Source: Candidatus Cloacimonadales bacterium
GTDB lineage: Bacteria; Cloacimonadota; Cloacimonadia; Cloacimonadales; JAIOQZ01
Assembly (NCBI GenBank): GCA_963665815.1
Contig: OY762463.1
Span: 3,899,600 to 3,963,599, forward strand
Length of the DNA: 64,000 nucleotides
Direction: 5' to 3'
How positions within the stretch are numbered: position 1 is the stretch's first letter; every line of letters begins with the position of its first letter. The notes beneath the pieces were generated by a model that was given only the letters and a program-made list of their open reading frames with translations, searched no databases and was not told the origin of the DNA. The position numbers were made by a program, and so were the translations under genes. Shown piece after piece: positions 29,294-38,855 of the stretch.

Positions 29294-30646
29294 TTATTCT
29301 TTACTCAAAAAAATTGTGTTTTCAGCCAATTTTATTTTAACTGACAAGTACATAAGGATTGATATGATTATAAAAAGTCCAATAGAACCGGCAAGTAGAC
29401 TGTATTCCTGTAGTTGAATGAGGATGAACATAAAACTGTAAAATATCAATGTTATTCCACCTATAGTAAAGGTAATGATTTTGCTTTTGAAGAGTGCTCC
29501 GGAGAATGAACTGAGAAGTGTGACAGTAGCTGCGGATGAAATCAGGTATGCAGGATTGAAGCCTATATGTTCAGATAATGCCAGAAGCAGCATATAAAAA
29601 ACAACTATTGCCAATCCAATGAGAATATACTGAATTGAGTGAATCTCTTTCTTCTGGATGAGAGTAGTTGTAAAGAATGCTACAAATGTTAGTATTACAA
29701 AAAGGAAAGCATATTTTATTGCTCTTTCGTTTTTCTGGTAGTGACTTACTTTCTGGAGAAGCTGTACACCAAAATCATATTGATGGTTTACAACTATTGG
29801 ATTATCGTTATTTGTTGTGTGTACTTGCTCAATGTTTCTGTTAAAGTGCAGGATTTCCCACTCAGCTTTGAACCCTCCATCAGAAATTGTTCTATTGTCG
29901 GGCAGGAATTCACCGATAAAGCCGGGATTATCCCATGTTGACTGCAGCGAGACCTTAGTATTTCTCCCAATTGGAGTGAAGCTGATTCCGGCTGATCCAT
30001 TCACTTGAACATTGAAGGAAAATCTAATACCATTATCTGCATATTTGCTGATATCAATGTTAGCTCCAATGCTGTTATTCAATCCTGTGGAATTCAGTTC
30101 GTTCATTTTGTATTCGGAGTCATTAATTTTGATATTGATTTCATCTTTCAGTTTTCTAAAATCAGACACTTTGAAGCTAATCAGAGCTTTGTTCATCATA
30201 AGATCTTCCATCTTAAGCTTATAATCAGCCAGATCAGGAAGAATGAATTCTCCGCATGCCAGGATATCTGTTTTGTAAACAACTCTGTTAAATATACCGT
30301 AATATCTATCTTGAGGAATTATTTCTCCATTATACACAATATTTTCAGGAAAAATATGAATATATGCTTTCGTTGTACTTTCATTTATCGGTGTGGAAGC
30401 ACCTGCGAGTCCCTGCTTCCTGACATTATATGGAATTGAGAGAACTGGACCTGTTAATGTCTGGTCTGAGCCCCATTTTTTCCTGATTGTTTCTACTGAC
30501 TCATTATTTCTTTGGGTTCTTTCGGTTAAAAGAGAGTTGACCATTGATAATGGTACCAACATTAATATTAATATAAGTCCCAATACTGTAAATCGGAATG
30601 TGGATTTCTGCGAGAAGCTTTTGTAATTATTCTTTAATTCATTCAT
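29294..30646 (-). CDS. creD: Inner membrane protein CreD
   Basis: WGSDQTLTGPVLSIPY, PGFIGEFLP, YQKNERAIKYAFLF, QYILIGLA, LLALSEHIGF..AY, YSLLAGS. Confidence 0.92.
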   Translation of the reverse strand: MNELKNNYKSFSQKSTFRFTVLGLILILMLVPLSMVNSLLTERTQRNNESVETIRKKWGSDQTLTGPVLSIPYNVRKQGLAGASTPINESTTKAYIHIFPENIVYNGEIIPQDRYYGIFNRVVYKTDILACGEFILPDLADYKLKMEDLMMNKALISFKVSDFRKLKDEINIKINDSEYKMNELNSTGLNNSIGANIDISKYADNGIRFSFNVQVNGSAGISFTPIGRNTKVSLQSTWDNPGFIGEFLPDNRTISDGGFKAEWEILHFNRNIEQVHTTNNDNPIVVNHQYDFGVQLLQKVSHYQKNERAIKYAFLFVILTFVAFFTTTLIQKKEIHSIQYILIGLAIVVFYMLLLALSEHIGFNPAYLISSAATVTLLSSFSGALFKSKIITFTIGGITLIFYSFMFILIQLQEYSLLAGSIGLFIIISILMYLSVKIKLAENTIFLSKE

Positions 30647-30895
30647 AGTTGTATCCTTGATTTCTTATCGCATATGCACTTAACTAACGACCATAGTATC
30701 ATTATGATACATGAAAAATGATATTCAGGTGTTTTTTTAGGTTTATTTTTTTTGATGGAAGGTTGAAGCTAATATTTAATAAGATGGGACATAAATGATT
30801 GTGGATTAAATTTTTGCACGAATGTGTTGACATTTTCCTCAAGTTTCAGGACACTTAAATTAAGTGTCGAAAACTTAAAAATCAAGGAGTGAGGA

Positions 30896-31810
30896 ATGAA
30901 ACATAATACCCATATCTATCTGGCAGCAAAAGCAATTGAATTTCTATATGATGGATTGAAGAATTTAAGTAAACAGGATTCCGGACAATCTGTTTCTCCT
31001 GAAAGAAAACGAAAGAAAAGAGCCAGTGCCAAGAAGCTTCAAAGACATCTGCAGCATTATCAGGATATGATTTACGAAGCAGCCTGGGCACCGGACGATA
31101 TTATCTGCGATAAGTCTGTTTACCATACATTTAAGCTTTATACAAAGGATGAATTCAGTGACGCAGAAGTTTATGCTGTTGAAAAACATAAAGATAAATA
31201 CTACAGAGCAAAATCAGGGGGTGGTCTTCCATTCAAAGTAGATCATCTGGCGCGATTTATTTCGGACATGGAAAAGCTGAGAGAGTACAATGACAGATTC
31301 TCAAGACAGCAGATCATGTATCAATACATTATGATTTCGCACTATATTGTTGATGCACACGTTCCGATGCACTGCGATCTGCGGGATGATCCACCATCTG
31401 AAACCGATACAACCAAGCCAAAGAATGGTATGTATTTTTCTGAAAGTCTCCATGGAAAAGTAGAAGGGAAATGGGATAAAGCTGTGCATTCAATTGCTCT
31501 GCAAGAGGAACTTATTGAAATAGGAAGAAACGATGATGTTCCTGAAGAGACAGAACTAACGGACTATGTAAAATTTGATGTTACTAATGATAATCATTTA
31601 AGGTTGATCAAACCTGTTGATATTAAAAGCAATATTATGCAGTTTATGATTGATGCATGTATCAAAACAAAGGAAAGATCATTAGATATGTTCCCGATTG
31701 ACGACCCAAATAACTATGACAAAGGTCAGTTTAAAAAACATACACGCGAGATATTCGCTGAGACAATTTCTGACCTGATTTCTGTCTGGATGTGGATTTG
31801 GAATAATTAA
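30896..31810 (+). CDS. Zn-dependent phospholipase C / S1-P1 nuclease-like protein
   Basis: N-terminal TH, APDD, HYIVDAHVPMH and HGKVE resemble the tri-zinc ligands of this fold; no signal peptide. Confidence 0.6.
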   Translation: MKHNTHIYLAAKAIEFLYDGLKNLSKQDSGQSVSPERKRKKRASAKKLQRHLQHYQDMIYEAAWAPDDIICDKSVYHTFKLYTKDEFSDAEVYAVEKHKDKYYRAKSGGGLPFKVDHLARFISDMEKLREYNDRFSRQQIMYQYIMISHYIVDAHVPMHCDLRDDPPSETDTTKPKNGMYFSESLHGKVEGKWDKAVHSIALQEELIEIGRNDDVPEETELTDYVKFDVTNDNHLRLIKPVDIKSNIMQFMIDACIKTKERSLDMFPIDDPNNYDKGQFKKHTREIFAETISDLISVWMWIWNN

Positions 31811-31857
31811 TTGGGGATTAAAAAGAATTAATTTGAAACAGCATTTTCTGAAACAAG

Positions 31858-31886
31858 AAAAAACTGCTGCTCGAAAGCAGCAGTTT
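31858..31886. terminator. Bidirectional-type terminator between convergent genes
   Basis: AAAAAACTGCTGC-TCGAAA-GCAGCAGTTT. Confidence 0.75.
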
Positions 31887-31917
31887 GTATAATAATATAT
31901 AAATGTTTGTTTGTGGA

Positions 31918-33570
31918 TTATCCAATCATGTTTTTGATATCGTCTTCCACATTGGTGATTCCACCAATACCGAAGTTCTCAACAAGTACTTTTGCCACGT
32001 TAGGGGAGAGGAAAGCCGGCAGGGTTGGTCCGAGATGGATATTCTTTACACCGAGATAAAGGAGTGAGAGAAGAACTATTACAGCTTTCTGCTCATACCA
32101 GGCAATGTTATATACAATCGGTAAATCGTTAACATCTTCCAGTCCGAATACTTCCTTGAGCTTCAGAGCAATAACAGCCAGAGAATATGAGTCATTGCAC
32201 TGACCGGCATCGAGTACTCTTGGAATTCCACCAATATCACCAAGATTAAGCTTGTTATATCTGTATTTCGCACAGCCGGCTGTTAGAATAATTGTGTCTT
32301 CAGGGAGTGCTTTTGCGAAATCTGTGTAGTAGTTTCTTTCCTTATGTCTGCCATCACAGCCTGCCATTACAACGAACTTTTTAACAGCACCGGATTTAAC
32401 AGCATCAACAACTTTATCTGCAAGTGCCAGAACCTGATTGTGAGCAAATCCACCCACGATTTTACCTGTTTCGATTTCTGTTGGTGCAGGCAGAGTTTTT
32501 GCCATTTCAATTACAGGAGTGAAGTCTTTTCCGTTTTCTGTAGTTTCTATGTGTTTTACACCTTCAAAACCTACACTGTTTGATGTGAAAACTCGATCCT
32601 TGTATGATGCTTTAGGAGGAGTAATACAGTTTGTAGTGAAAATGATTGGTCCGTTAAATGATTCAAATTCTGTATTTTGTTTCCACCAGGCATTACCGTA
32701 GTTACCAACAAAGTGATCGTACTTCTTGAAAGCAGGATAGTAGTTTGCTGGAAGCATCTCAGAGTGTGTGTATACATCTACTCCTGTGCCTTCTGTCTGC
32801 ATCAGAAGTTGCTCCATATCTTTGAGATCATGACCTGAAATTAGAATTGCCGGATTGTTACGGACTCCAATGTTTACTTCTGTGATTTCAGGATTACCAT
32901 AAGCTGTTGTGTTTGCTTCATCAAGAAGAGCCATGGTATCAACACCGAATTTACCGCATTCCATTACAAGTCCCACAAGCTCGTCTACAGAAAGAGAATC
33001 ATCAAGAGTGGCAATGAGAGCTTTCTCGATAAACATAACAACTTCCTTGTTCTGCTTACCAAGACGGAAAGCATGATCGTAGTAAGCGGCAATACCTTTA
33101 GCTCCGTATGTGATCAGTTCTCTTAATGATCTTACATCTTCATTTTCTGTTCGGAGCACACCTACTGAAGCTGCTTTCTCATCAATGTTCTCATCAGTAA
33201 CAAAGAATGTAGCAGCATCGTGGTCAGCGAATTTCACTTGTGCGTTGAATTCCTCAACTTTCTTTCTACCCATTTCACGCATTTCGATAGTTTCTTTGAT
33301 TCTTTTAACGAAGTAGTTTCTGTCAAAATTAGCATTTGTAATTGTAGAAAAGAGTGTTTCGACTATGAATTGATCAACCTTACTGCACATATCTGTGAAT
33401 TGTTGACGCACTTCAAGTGTTGCAGCTGAACGGAATATTGCCAGTCCTTTCAGAGCGTGAATAAGCAGATCCTGCAGATTAGCTACATCGCCTTTCTTCC
33501 CGCACATACCGTTAATTGTACATCCCTGGTTCTTCATAGTCTCCTGACACTGATAGCAAAACATACTCAT
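31918..33570 (-). CDS. hcp: Hybrid-cluster protein (hydroxylamine/NO reductase)
   Basis: [11 protein letters not shown]...[50 protein letters not shown]. Confidence 0.97.
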   Translation of the reverse strand: MSMFCYQCQETMKNQGCTINGMCGKKGDVANLQDLLIHALKGLAIFRSAATLEVRQQFTDMCSKVDQFIVETLFSTITNANFDRNYFVKRIKETIEMREMGRKKVEEFNAQVKFADHDAATFFVTDENIDEKAASVGVLRTENEDVRSLRELITYGAKGIAAYYDHAFRLGKQNKEVVMFIEKALIATLDDSLSVDELVGLVMECGKFGVDTMALLDEANTTAYGNPEITEVNIGVRNNPAILISGHDLKDMEQLLMQTEGTGVDVYTHSEMLPANYYPAFKKYDHFVGNYGNAWWKQNTEFESFNGPIIFTTNCITPPKASYKDRVFTSNSVGFEGVKHIETTENGKDFTPVIEMAKTLPAPTEIETGKIVGGFAHNQVLALADKVVDAVKSGAVKKFVVMAGCDGRHKERNYYTDFAKALPEDTIILTAGCAKYRYNKLNLGDIGGIPRVLDAGQCNDSYSLAVIALKLKEVFGLEDVNDLPIVYNIAWYEQKAVIVLLSLLYLGVKNIHLGPTLPAFLSPNVAKVLVENFGIGGITNVEDDIKNMIG

Positions 33571-33585
33571 AATAATCTCCTTTTT

Positions 33586-33909
33586 CTAATTCTGTTTGTT
33601 GTTTTGTTTTATTACTAAAATTTTAAGATTTTCTTTTGATTTGTTGCATACAGCCCTTTTTATATCAGGCAGTACTTCGATATATTGATTTTTCTCTAAT
33701 GTATAATTATGATTGTTAACTTTGAATGTTGCCTGTCCTTCTAAGGTGAAAAAAATGACATGCAATGGAAGATCGTGCTCCTGAATAAATCTACCGGGAG
33801 CAAGATCAATATGCACCAGTTCCAGATTATCTTTTGTGTAGAGGCTTCTACCTGTTATACCCGGCAGTTCTAAAACTTTTGGAGCACTGCTTACAGTTCT
33901 GATATCCAT
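33586..33909 (-). CDS. Cupin domain protein
   Basis: LVHIDLAPG..IQEH..IFFTLEGQA beta-barrel pattern. Confidence 0.8.
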   Translation of the reverse strand: MDIRTVSSAPKVLELPGITGRSLYTKDNLELVHIDLAPGRFIQEHDLPLHVIFFTLEGQATFKVNNHNYTLEKNQYIEVLPDIKRAVCNKSKENLKILVIKQNNKQN

Positions 33910-33918
33910 TTCATCTCC

Positions 33919-34161
33919 TTAGTAATCAATTCCTGCAGCTTTTACATTGTCAGGATCGAATGCATGGCAGGGAGTAACACCAAATACCATATTACATTCG
34001 GGACATTTATCTTCGAAGGTTGTCATTTCAAAAGTTTTTCCGCAATTATCACATTCTATGTTCATAGGCATAGGCAAAGGCTGCGGTGCGAACCCCATAA
34101 ATCTGACTTTATCTACTATTTGCTTTCCATTTGTGAAAGAACCTGTACATCCATCATGCAT
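33919..34161 (-). CDS. Small Cys-rich metal-binding protein (CxxC...CxxC, HDGC, PCH)
   Basis: 80 aa; MHDGC, CDNC, CPEC, VTPCH; AGGAG RBS; inside the operon. Confidence 0.75.
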   Translation of the reverse strand: MHDGCTGSFTNGKQIVDKVRFMGFAPQPLPMPMNIECDNCGKTFEMTTFEDKCPECNMVFGVTPCHAFDPDNVKAAGIDY

Positions 34162-34178
34162 AGTTATCTCCTTATATC

Positions 34179-35204
34179 TTAATTAATTTCCTCAATCTTG
34201 CTAATTAATTCTCCCTGACGAAGCTTGTTTCTGTATGCCAGCAGGGTTTTATCCATTTTCTCAAGAGTTTCCAGGATTTCCCGTTCATTTTCGGTTGTTT
34301 CTATAATTTTGTTTATTCCACCATTTTTAATTACAATTCTTTTATCACCCAGCAGAGCCAGAATCGGATCGTGTGTTGCCATCAATACAATTTTGTCTTC
34401 ACTCAGGAGAAGTTTTAAGGCTTCTTTTCTATCTATTCCGGCATTCTCAATCTCATCAATCAGGATAATCGGTGATTTGCTGAGTATAGCCGTATCTGCT
34501 ATCATCAAAGCTCTGGACTGCCCTCCACTCAGACTGGTGATAGGTGTGTCCGGATTAAACTTCTCTCCTGCAAGTTCATTTGCTTTTTCTATAATTCTTT
34601 TAATTATGGTTTCTCTGTCAGAAATGAGTCTGCTTTCTGCATGAAGCTCAATAAACTCATACACAGTTAAGTCCATGACGAAATTCATGTTCTGAGATAG
34701 CTGAGCGACAAGCTTGTCAGAAGTAGAAAATCTCCATTTTTTCTCAGGGATATCTTTATTGATAAGGATTTTTCTACCAGTAGGAGTATCATTCTGGGCA
34801 ACCCACTCAATGTCTGCCAGAAGTCTGCTTTTCCCGGAACCTGTAGGACCCACAATACTGATTACTTCCCCCTGTCTGATTACAAGCTCATTGAATTGCT
34901 CTTTTGTGCCGGATTTGTCATGACCGGGCATGATTGTGACTGATTTAACCGGATCATCATCCTTGCCTAGAAACTCCAGCATTTGGTTAATGAATTCGCT
35001 TAACTGATACAGAACTTGCTCAGGATCAATAGCATTGTCTTCCATCTCATCAATATCCATGCTGTTGAAAAATTCTTCAAGAGTGTATTTTCCCATTTCG
35101 TCGACTTCTATGTTGTTATCATTAAAGAAGCTGACTGAAAAAGGATAGTCTTTAATTATCATATTCACAGGCATTTTCATTAGTTTATCAGGTGTAGTCT
35201 TCAT
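34179..35204 (-). CDS. ABC-type ATPase with an N-terminal helical (DUF1858/ScdA_N-like) extension
   Basis: GPTGSGKS, LSGGQSR, ILIDE, ATHD; ~85-aa N-terminal domain. Confidence 0.85.
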   Translation of the reverse strand: MKTTPDKLMKMPVNMIIKDYPFSVSFFNDNNIEVDEMGKYTLEEFFNSMDIDEMEDNAIDPEQVLYQLSEFINQMLEFLGKDDDPVKSVTIMPGHDKSGTKEQFNELVIRQGEVISIVGPTGSGKSRLLADIEWVAQNDTPTGRKILINKDIPEKKWRFSTSDKLVAQLSQNMNFVMDLTVYEFIELHAESRLISDRETIIKRIIEKANELAGEKFNPDTPITSLSGGQSRALMIADTAILSKSPIILIDEIENAGIDRKEALKLLLSEDKIVLMATHDPILALLGDKRIVIKNGGINKIIETTENEREILETLEKMDKTLLAYRNKLRQGELISKIEEIN

Positions 35205-35905
35205 GATTTCTCCTGCTTTCCCATATTCATCTTACGAACATTGCCCATCTGGTAATCTTCCCCGATGCGTGTTTCTCCGAGACAGTATGAGCATAGGGCA
35301 GAGGGCATGGGAAATCTGAGTTCTTTACCTTTAAGAGATTCTATATGATCATCATCACAGTAAAGCAGTGTACTGAGCTCAAAGCTTCCTTGTCCGGTCA
35401 ATCCGTTTATATGCATTATTGTGGCAGCAGGATTCACATTATTGACCCTTGAAGCAAAAACTTCACGTTCTGCCTGCGAAACAATATCCCCTTTGGTAAT
35501 CACCACAATATCAGCAGATTTAAGCATAGGCCCTATTTTTTTAGGGGTATTGATTCCACTCAGGTTATCAATTACACATACTGCTTTAATACCTTTAATA
35601 TAAGGGGAACATCGATTGCATAATCCTGCCGATTCACTGATAAGTACATCGAACTTGTTATCCAGTCCCCATTTCACAATTTCCTCAACATTACTGACAA
35701 AATAATGATCCGGACATAATGCTCCAGAGAGCCCTTTCTTTACCGGAATACCTGCTTTCTTATATAAGACATCATCATCAGTATAGAGGCAGTCAAATTT
35801 CACAACCGCAACCTTCAGATCTCTTTTCCTGAGAGATGTTATTGTTTTCAGGATTACAGAAGTTTTGCCTGATGATGGAGGTCCGGAAACTGTTATCAGA
35901 TTCAT
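35201..35905 (-). CDS. G3E/SIMIBI GTPase, HypB/UreG-like metallochaperone
   Basis: GPPSSGKT, CPDH, ESAGLCNRC, ADIVVITKGD, NGLTGQG, CSYC. Confidence 0.85.
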   Translation of the reverse strand: MNLITVSGPPSSGKTSVILKTITSLRKRDLKVAVVKFDCLYTDDDVLYKKAGIPVKKGLSGALCPDHYFVSNVEEIVKWGLDNKFDVLISESAGLCNRCSPYIKGIKAVCVIDNLSGINTPKKIGPMLKSADIVVITKGDIVSQAEREVFASRVNNVNPAATIMHINGLTGQGSFELSTLLYCDDDHIESLKGKELRFPMPSALCSYCLGETRIGEDYQMGNVRKMNMGKQEKS

Positions 35906-37143
35906 TGATTCCTCCCTGATTCTGTTGCTTCAGTAAATATTCTGTTACAATGTGCTATGAGTTCCGAAATGTTGTTGTTATAGATGTAGTCCCAACCCAA
36001 CCACATAAACTTGTTTGTTTCAGGTATATGGTTGTCAATGTCCGGATGAACTGAGGGGAAAAGTCCCTGATGAGAAAGTACTTTGCCTACTTTCATGGAT
36101 GAAAAGAAATCTACAACCGGTTGAAGTCTGCGAGCTTTCTTAGCTTTGGACAGGATAAATATAGGACTGATTATTGCTCCATCTTCCGGCCAGATTGCGG
36201 ATAATGGACCGCCTTCTTTAACCATTTTGGTGAAGAAATAAGGCATGATTGTCACTATGGGCTTTGCAGTTTTTTTTCTGTCACTTTTCACCATTTGAGA
36301 TGGATGCATTGATTCCAGCAATGATTTGCCTAATTTTCGAACACCATTATCTCCATACTTTTTATGAATGTTAAGTAAGATACCATTGAAAAGATCGAAA
36401 TCTCCTACAGGTAGTGACACTCTGTTCTCAAACTCAGGTTTTAGTATGTCTTTCCAGCTTGTGGGGACTTCCAAATCGCCAAGCTCATCTTTGTTGATGA
36501 GGAAAACTGCCGGAACAACACTTATTATACCATAATGTCCTCGTGGATCAGTTAAGTTCAGATCTATGAATAACTCATTTGGATTATTAAAAGCAGTGCA
36601 ATCTTTAAAGACCCCATCTCTTTTGAATTTTCCAAAACGTTTTTCATCGAAGAACATATCAAAACCTGCAGACAGGAACAAATCAGGAAGATCGTCTTCA
36701 GATTCAACGTCTGTCAAATTTTCCTCCAGCCAGTCCAGTCCCATTGAGGCAGCTTTAAGTTCATAGTTTAATGTATAGTCTGACTGCTCTTCATAAGATT
36801 TACTGAATTTAGTGAATTCCTGCAAAAGAGGTATTCTGACAGGGCAGGGGAGAAGACCTGATATGTTGATTGTTCTTTCAGAGTTTTTAACTTTAGAGTC
36901 TGTCAGAGTTTCATCTATACTGTTCTTACTGCTTTCTATGGCTTCAATAAGCAAATCTCTGAATGTATCGTAATCCAATTGCTTAAGAAGCAGAGCTGTT
37001 TTAAGGTTGATGCTTGCTGCAAACTTATTTCTTTTCTCTTCATCAGACATTTGCGGAAAACCATTCGATGAAAACACAGGTATTGTTTCGGGGTATGCAT
37101 TGACGATTTCAAGCAGGGTCCAGTTCTTATTGAAGTAATCCAT
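35902..37143 (-). CDS. Substrate-binding-protein-fold protein with N-terminal DUF1858-like domain and no signal peptide
   Basis: TLLEIVNAYPETIPVF N-terminus; LPCPVR; PTSWKDILKPE and WPEDGAIISP typical of Fe3+/polyamine SBPs. Start 37143 (RBS GAGGT) preferred to 37155. Confidence 0.75.
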   Translation of the reverse strand: MDYFNKNWTLLEIVNAYPETIPVFSSNGFPQMSDEEKRNKFAASINLKTALLLKQLDYDTFRDLLIEAIESSKNSIDETLTDSKVKNSERTINISGLLPCPVRIPLLQEFTKFSKSYEEQSDYTLNYELKAASMGLDWLEENLTDVESEDDLPDLFLSAGFDMFFDEKRFGKFKRDGVFKDCTAFNNPNELFIDLNLTDPRGHYGIISVVPAVFLINKDELGDLEVPTSWKDILKPEFENRVSLPVGDFDLFNGILLNIHKKYGDNGVRKLGKSLLESMHPSQMVKSDRKKTAKPIVTIMPYFFTKMVKEGGPLSAIWPEDGAIISPIFILSKAKKARRLQPVVDFFSSMKVGKVLSHQGLFPSVHPDIDNHIPETNKFMWLGWDYIYNNNISELIAHCNRIFTEATESGRNQ

Positions 37144-37144
37144 G

Positions 37145-37492
37145 TTATACCTCATCTACAAATATTGTAGGTTGAGTAGGCCTGGGAAGCTTCATGACAA
37201 GTACTCTGACTTGAGATTCGCTGTTATTATATATGCAGTGAACAATATCTTTAGGACTTTCAACCAGATCATCCTGCTTTACCGATTTGATTGTATTACC
37301 GATAAGAATGTCGGGACTTCCTTCTAATATATAGAACGCAACATCTTCAGATGTAATATGTGGTTTGAGCTTTTCGTCGGGTTGAAGCGTCAAGTGCATG
37401 ATAAGAGCATTTTTAGTCTCATATATTTTTTTTGCAGAGATTCCATGTTTATTTCCAGTGTTCTCAGTGTTCTTGTAATTAGCTATTCTCAT
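37145..37492 (-). CDS. Cupin domain protein
   Basis: LTLQPDEKLKPH, FYILEG, ESPKDIVHCIYN. Start 37492 after GGAGGT (ORF track gives 37504). Confidence 0.85.
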   Translation of the reverse strand: MRIANYKNTENTGNKHGISAKKIYETKNALIMHLTLQPDEKLKPHITSEDVAFYILEGSPDILIGNTIKSVKQDDLVESPKDIVHCIYNNSESQVRVLVMKLPRPTQPTIFVDEV

Positions 37493-37507
37493 ATAAACCT
37501 CCATTCA

Positions 37508-37521
37508 GGTATCGAAATACC
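37508..37521. promoter_or_regulatory. Putative Rrf2 operator (GGTA-N6-TACC), copy 2
   Basis: GGTATCGAAATACC palindrome just upstream of the cupin RBS. Confidence 0.55.
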
Positions 37522-37540
37522 AAAATAAATATAAAAAATT

Positions 37541-37939
37541 TTAAAAGTCAGATAATTTAAGATTTTTATATGCTTCGGCAAGTTCTACAGTAATTTTGCT
37601 TACTTTCTCATTGAAGATACATTTGCTGAACACACATTTTGTTTTGCCAAACGGGCAGCCTTGAATGTTAATTTTTCCGTCTATAGTTTCTATAATATCG
37701 AGGAAAGATATATTCTCAGGTTCAACCTGAAGTGTAAAACCTCCGGCCGGACCTCGAACAGATTCGACAAGATCTGCCTTATTAAGTTTCTGAAAAACTT
37801 TTGCAAGATGGGCTTCAGAAGCATTGAGTTTCTCAGCGAGAGTCTTTATATTGACTCTATCTGGTGCAGATTCTGCAACAATAACTAAACCGTGGAGAGC
37901 GAGATAAGCTCCTTCCGATGCATGTAGAAGAGTATTCAT
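37541..37939 (-). CDS. Rrf2 family transcriptional regulator with three C-terminal Cys
   Basis: LAKVFQKL..LVESVRGPAGGF..ISFLDIIETIDG; C-x6-C-x4-C. Confidence 0.92.
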   Translation of the reverse strand: MNTLLHASEGAYLALHGLVIVAESAPDRVNIKTLAEKLNASEAHLAKVFQKLNKADLVESVRGPAGGFTLQVEPENISFLDIIETIDGKINIQGCPFGKTKCVFSKCIFNEKVSKITVELAEAYKNLKLSDF

Positions 37940-37961
37940 ATTGACTCCTAAACTTTATTTA

Positions 37962-37995
37962 GGTACATAAATACCAGAAAGGATTTTTGTGTCAA
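37962..37995 (-). promoter_or_regulatory. Promoter (-35 TTGACA) with putative Rrf2 operator GGTA-N6-TACC over the -10 region
   Basis: TGTCAA at 37990-37995; GGTACATAAATACC at 37962-37975. Confidence 0.55.
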
Positions 37996-38102
37996 GTTAT
38001 ATTTTGAAAAATTGGAATCCACCCGTTTTTTCTTGAAAATCTGACTTCAAGAAAATTGGAAGGATTTTTAGCAGACATTTCTTAGAAAAAATGCACTATT
38101 CA

Positions 38103-38251
38103 TTTTCTTTGGTGCCAAAGAAAACGAAACAAAAGAAAGGCACTCTTTTTAAAATGTATTTCCAGTAAACTGGAACCATAAATTTTTCCTGAAATCCTTC
38201 CAAGGCTTCAGGATTTCTTAACGGTTAAATTTATTATACAGTAAAAAAGAG
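38103..38251. repeat. Multi-hairpin palindromic intergenic element (REP/MITE-like)
   Basis: TTTTCTTTGG/CCAAAGAAAA, TTCCAG/CTGGAA, GAAATCCT/AGGATTTC, ATAAATTT/AAATTTAT and CTCTTTTT/AAAAAGAG inverted pairs. Confidence 0.5.
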
Positions 38252-38495
38252 AAAATGCTATCTTCAATGCAAAACAATCATACTTAGTTAAAAGCTATTA
38301 CATTGATTCATATTTTCCACTGATTTACTGTTTCAATACTCTTATTTATAATAAGTTATACATACATTGTATTTGGGTTTCGGGGGGATGCCTAAAATCT
38401 CAAAAAAACTCTTCTTGACATATAAATAATTGTCTCGCATATTTCACATGTCCATCCTTACTTATTCTGGATTAATCTGCTTATAAGAGGTTATA

Positions 38496-38852
38496 ATGAA
38501 GAATAAGTATAATTGTGAAGACTGTAATGTGTCTCGTATCATAGATACAAATTTATGTCCTGAATGTCTTGAAATTGATTTTACAAATCCATACTCTCTT
38601 ATGGATATTGCTGATGATTTAAATGTCGGACTTTTAACAATTGATCCACGTATGAACATTGCAGTTTACGGAAGCACTGTTTCATGGGCTAAGAAAAAAA
38701 GGTGCAAGAAAATTCTCTACACAAAGAAAATTGCTGCATTTTGTGCAAGAATGAATGGAGATGAGGAGTGTTTTGTTGAAGTCAAGAGTATTTTTGGAGA
38801 TACTTTAGTAAGATATAACAACAATATAGCAGTTTTCAGCGATACCCGATAG
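38496..38852 (+). CDS. Hypothetical protein with N-terminal CxxC-x10-CxxC
   Basis: GAGG RBS; CEDC..CPEC; no recognised family. Confidence 0.55.
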   Translation: MKNKYNCEDCNVSRIIDTNLCPECLEIDFTNPYSLMDIADDLNVGLLTIDPRMNIAVYGSTVSWAKKKRCKKILYTKKIAAFCARMNGDEECFVEVKSIFGDTLVRYNNNIAVFSDTR

Positions 38853-38855
38853 TTG

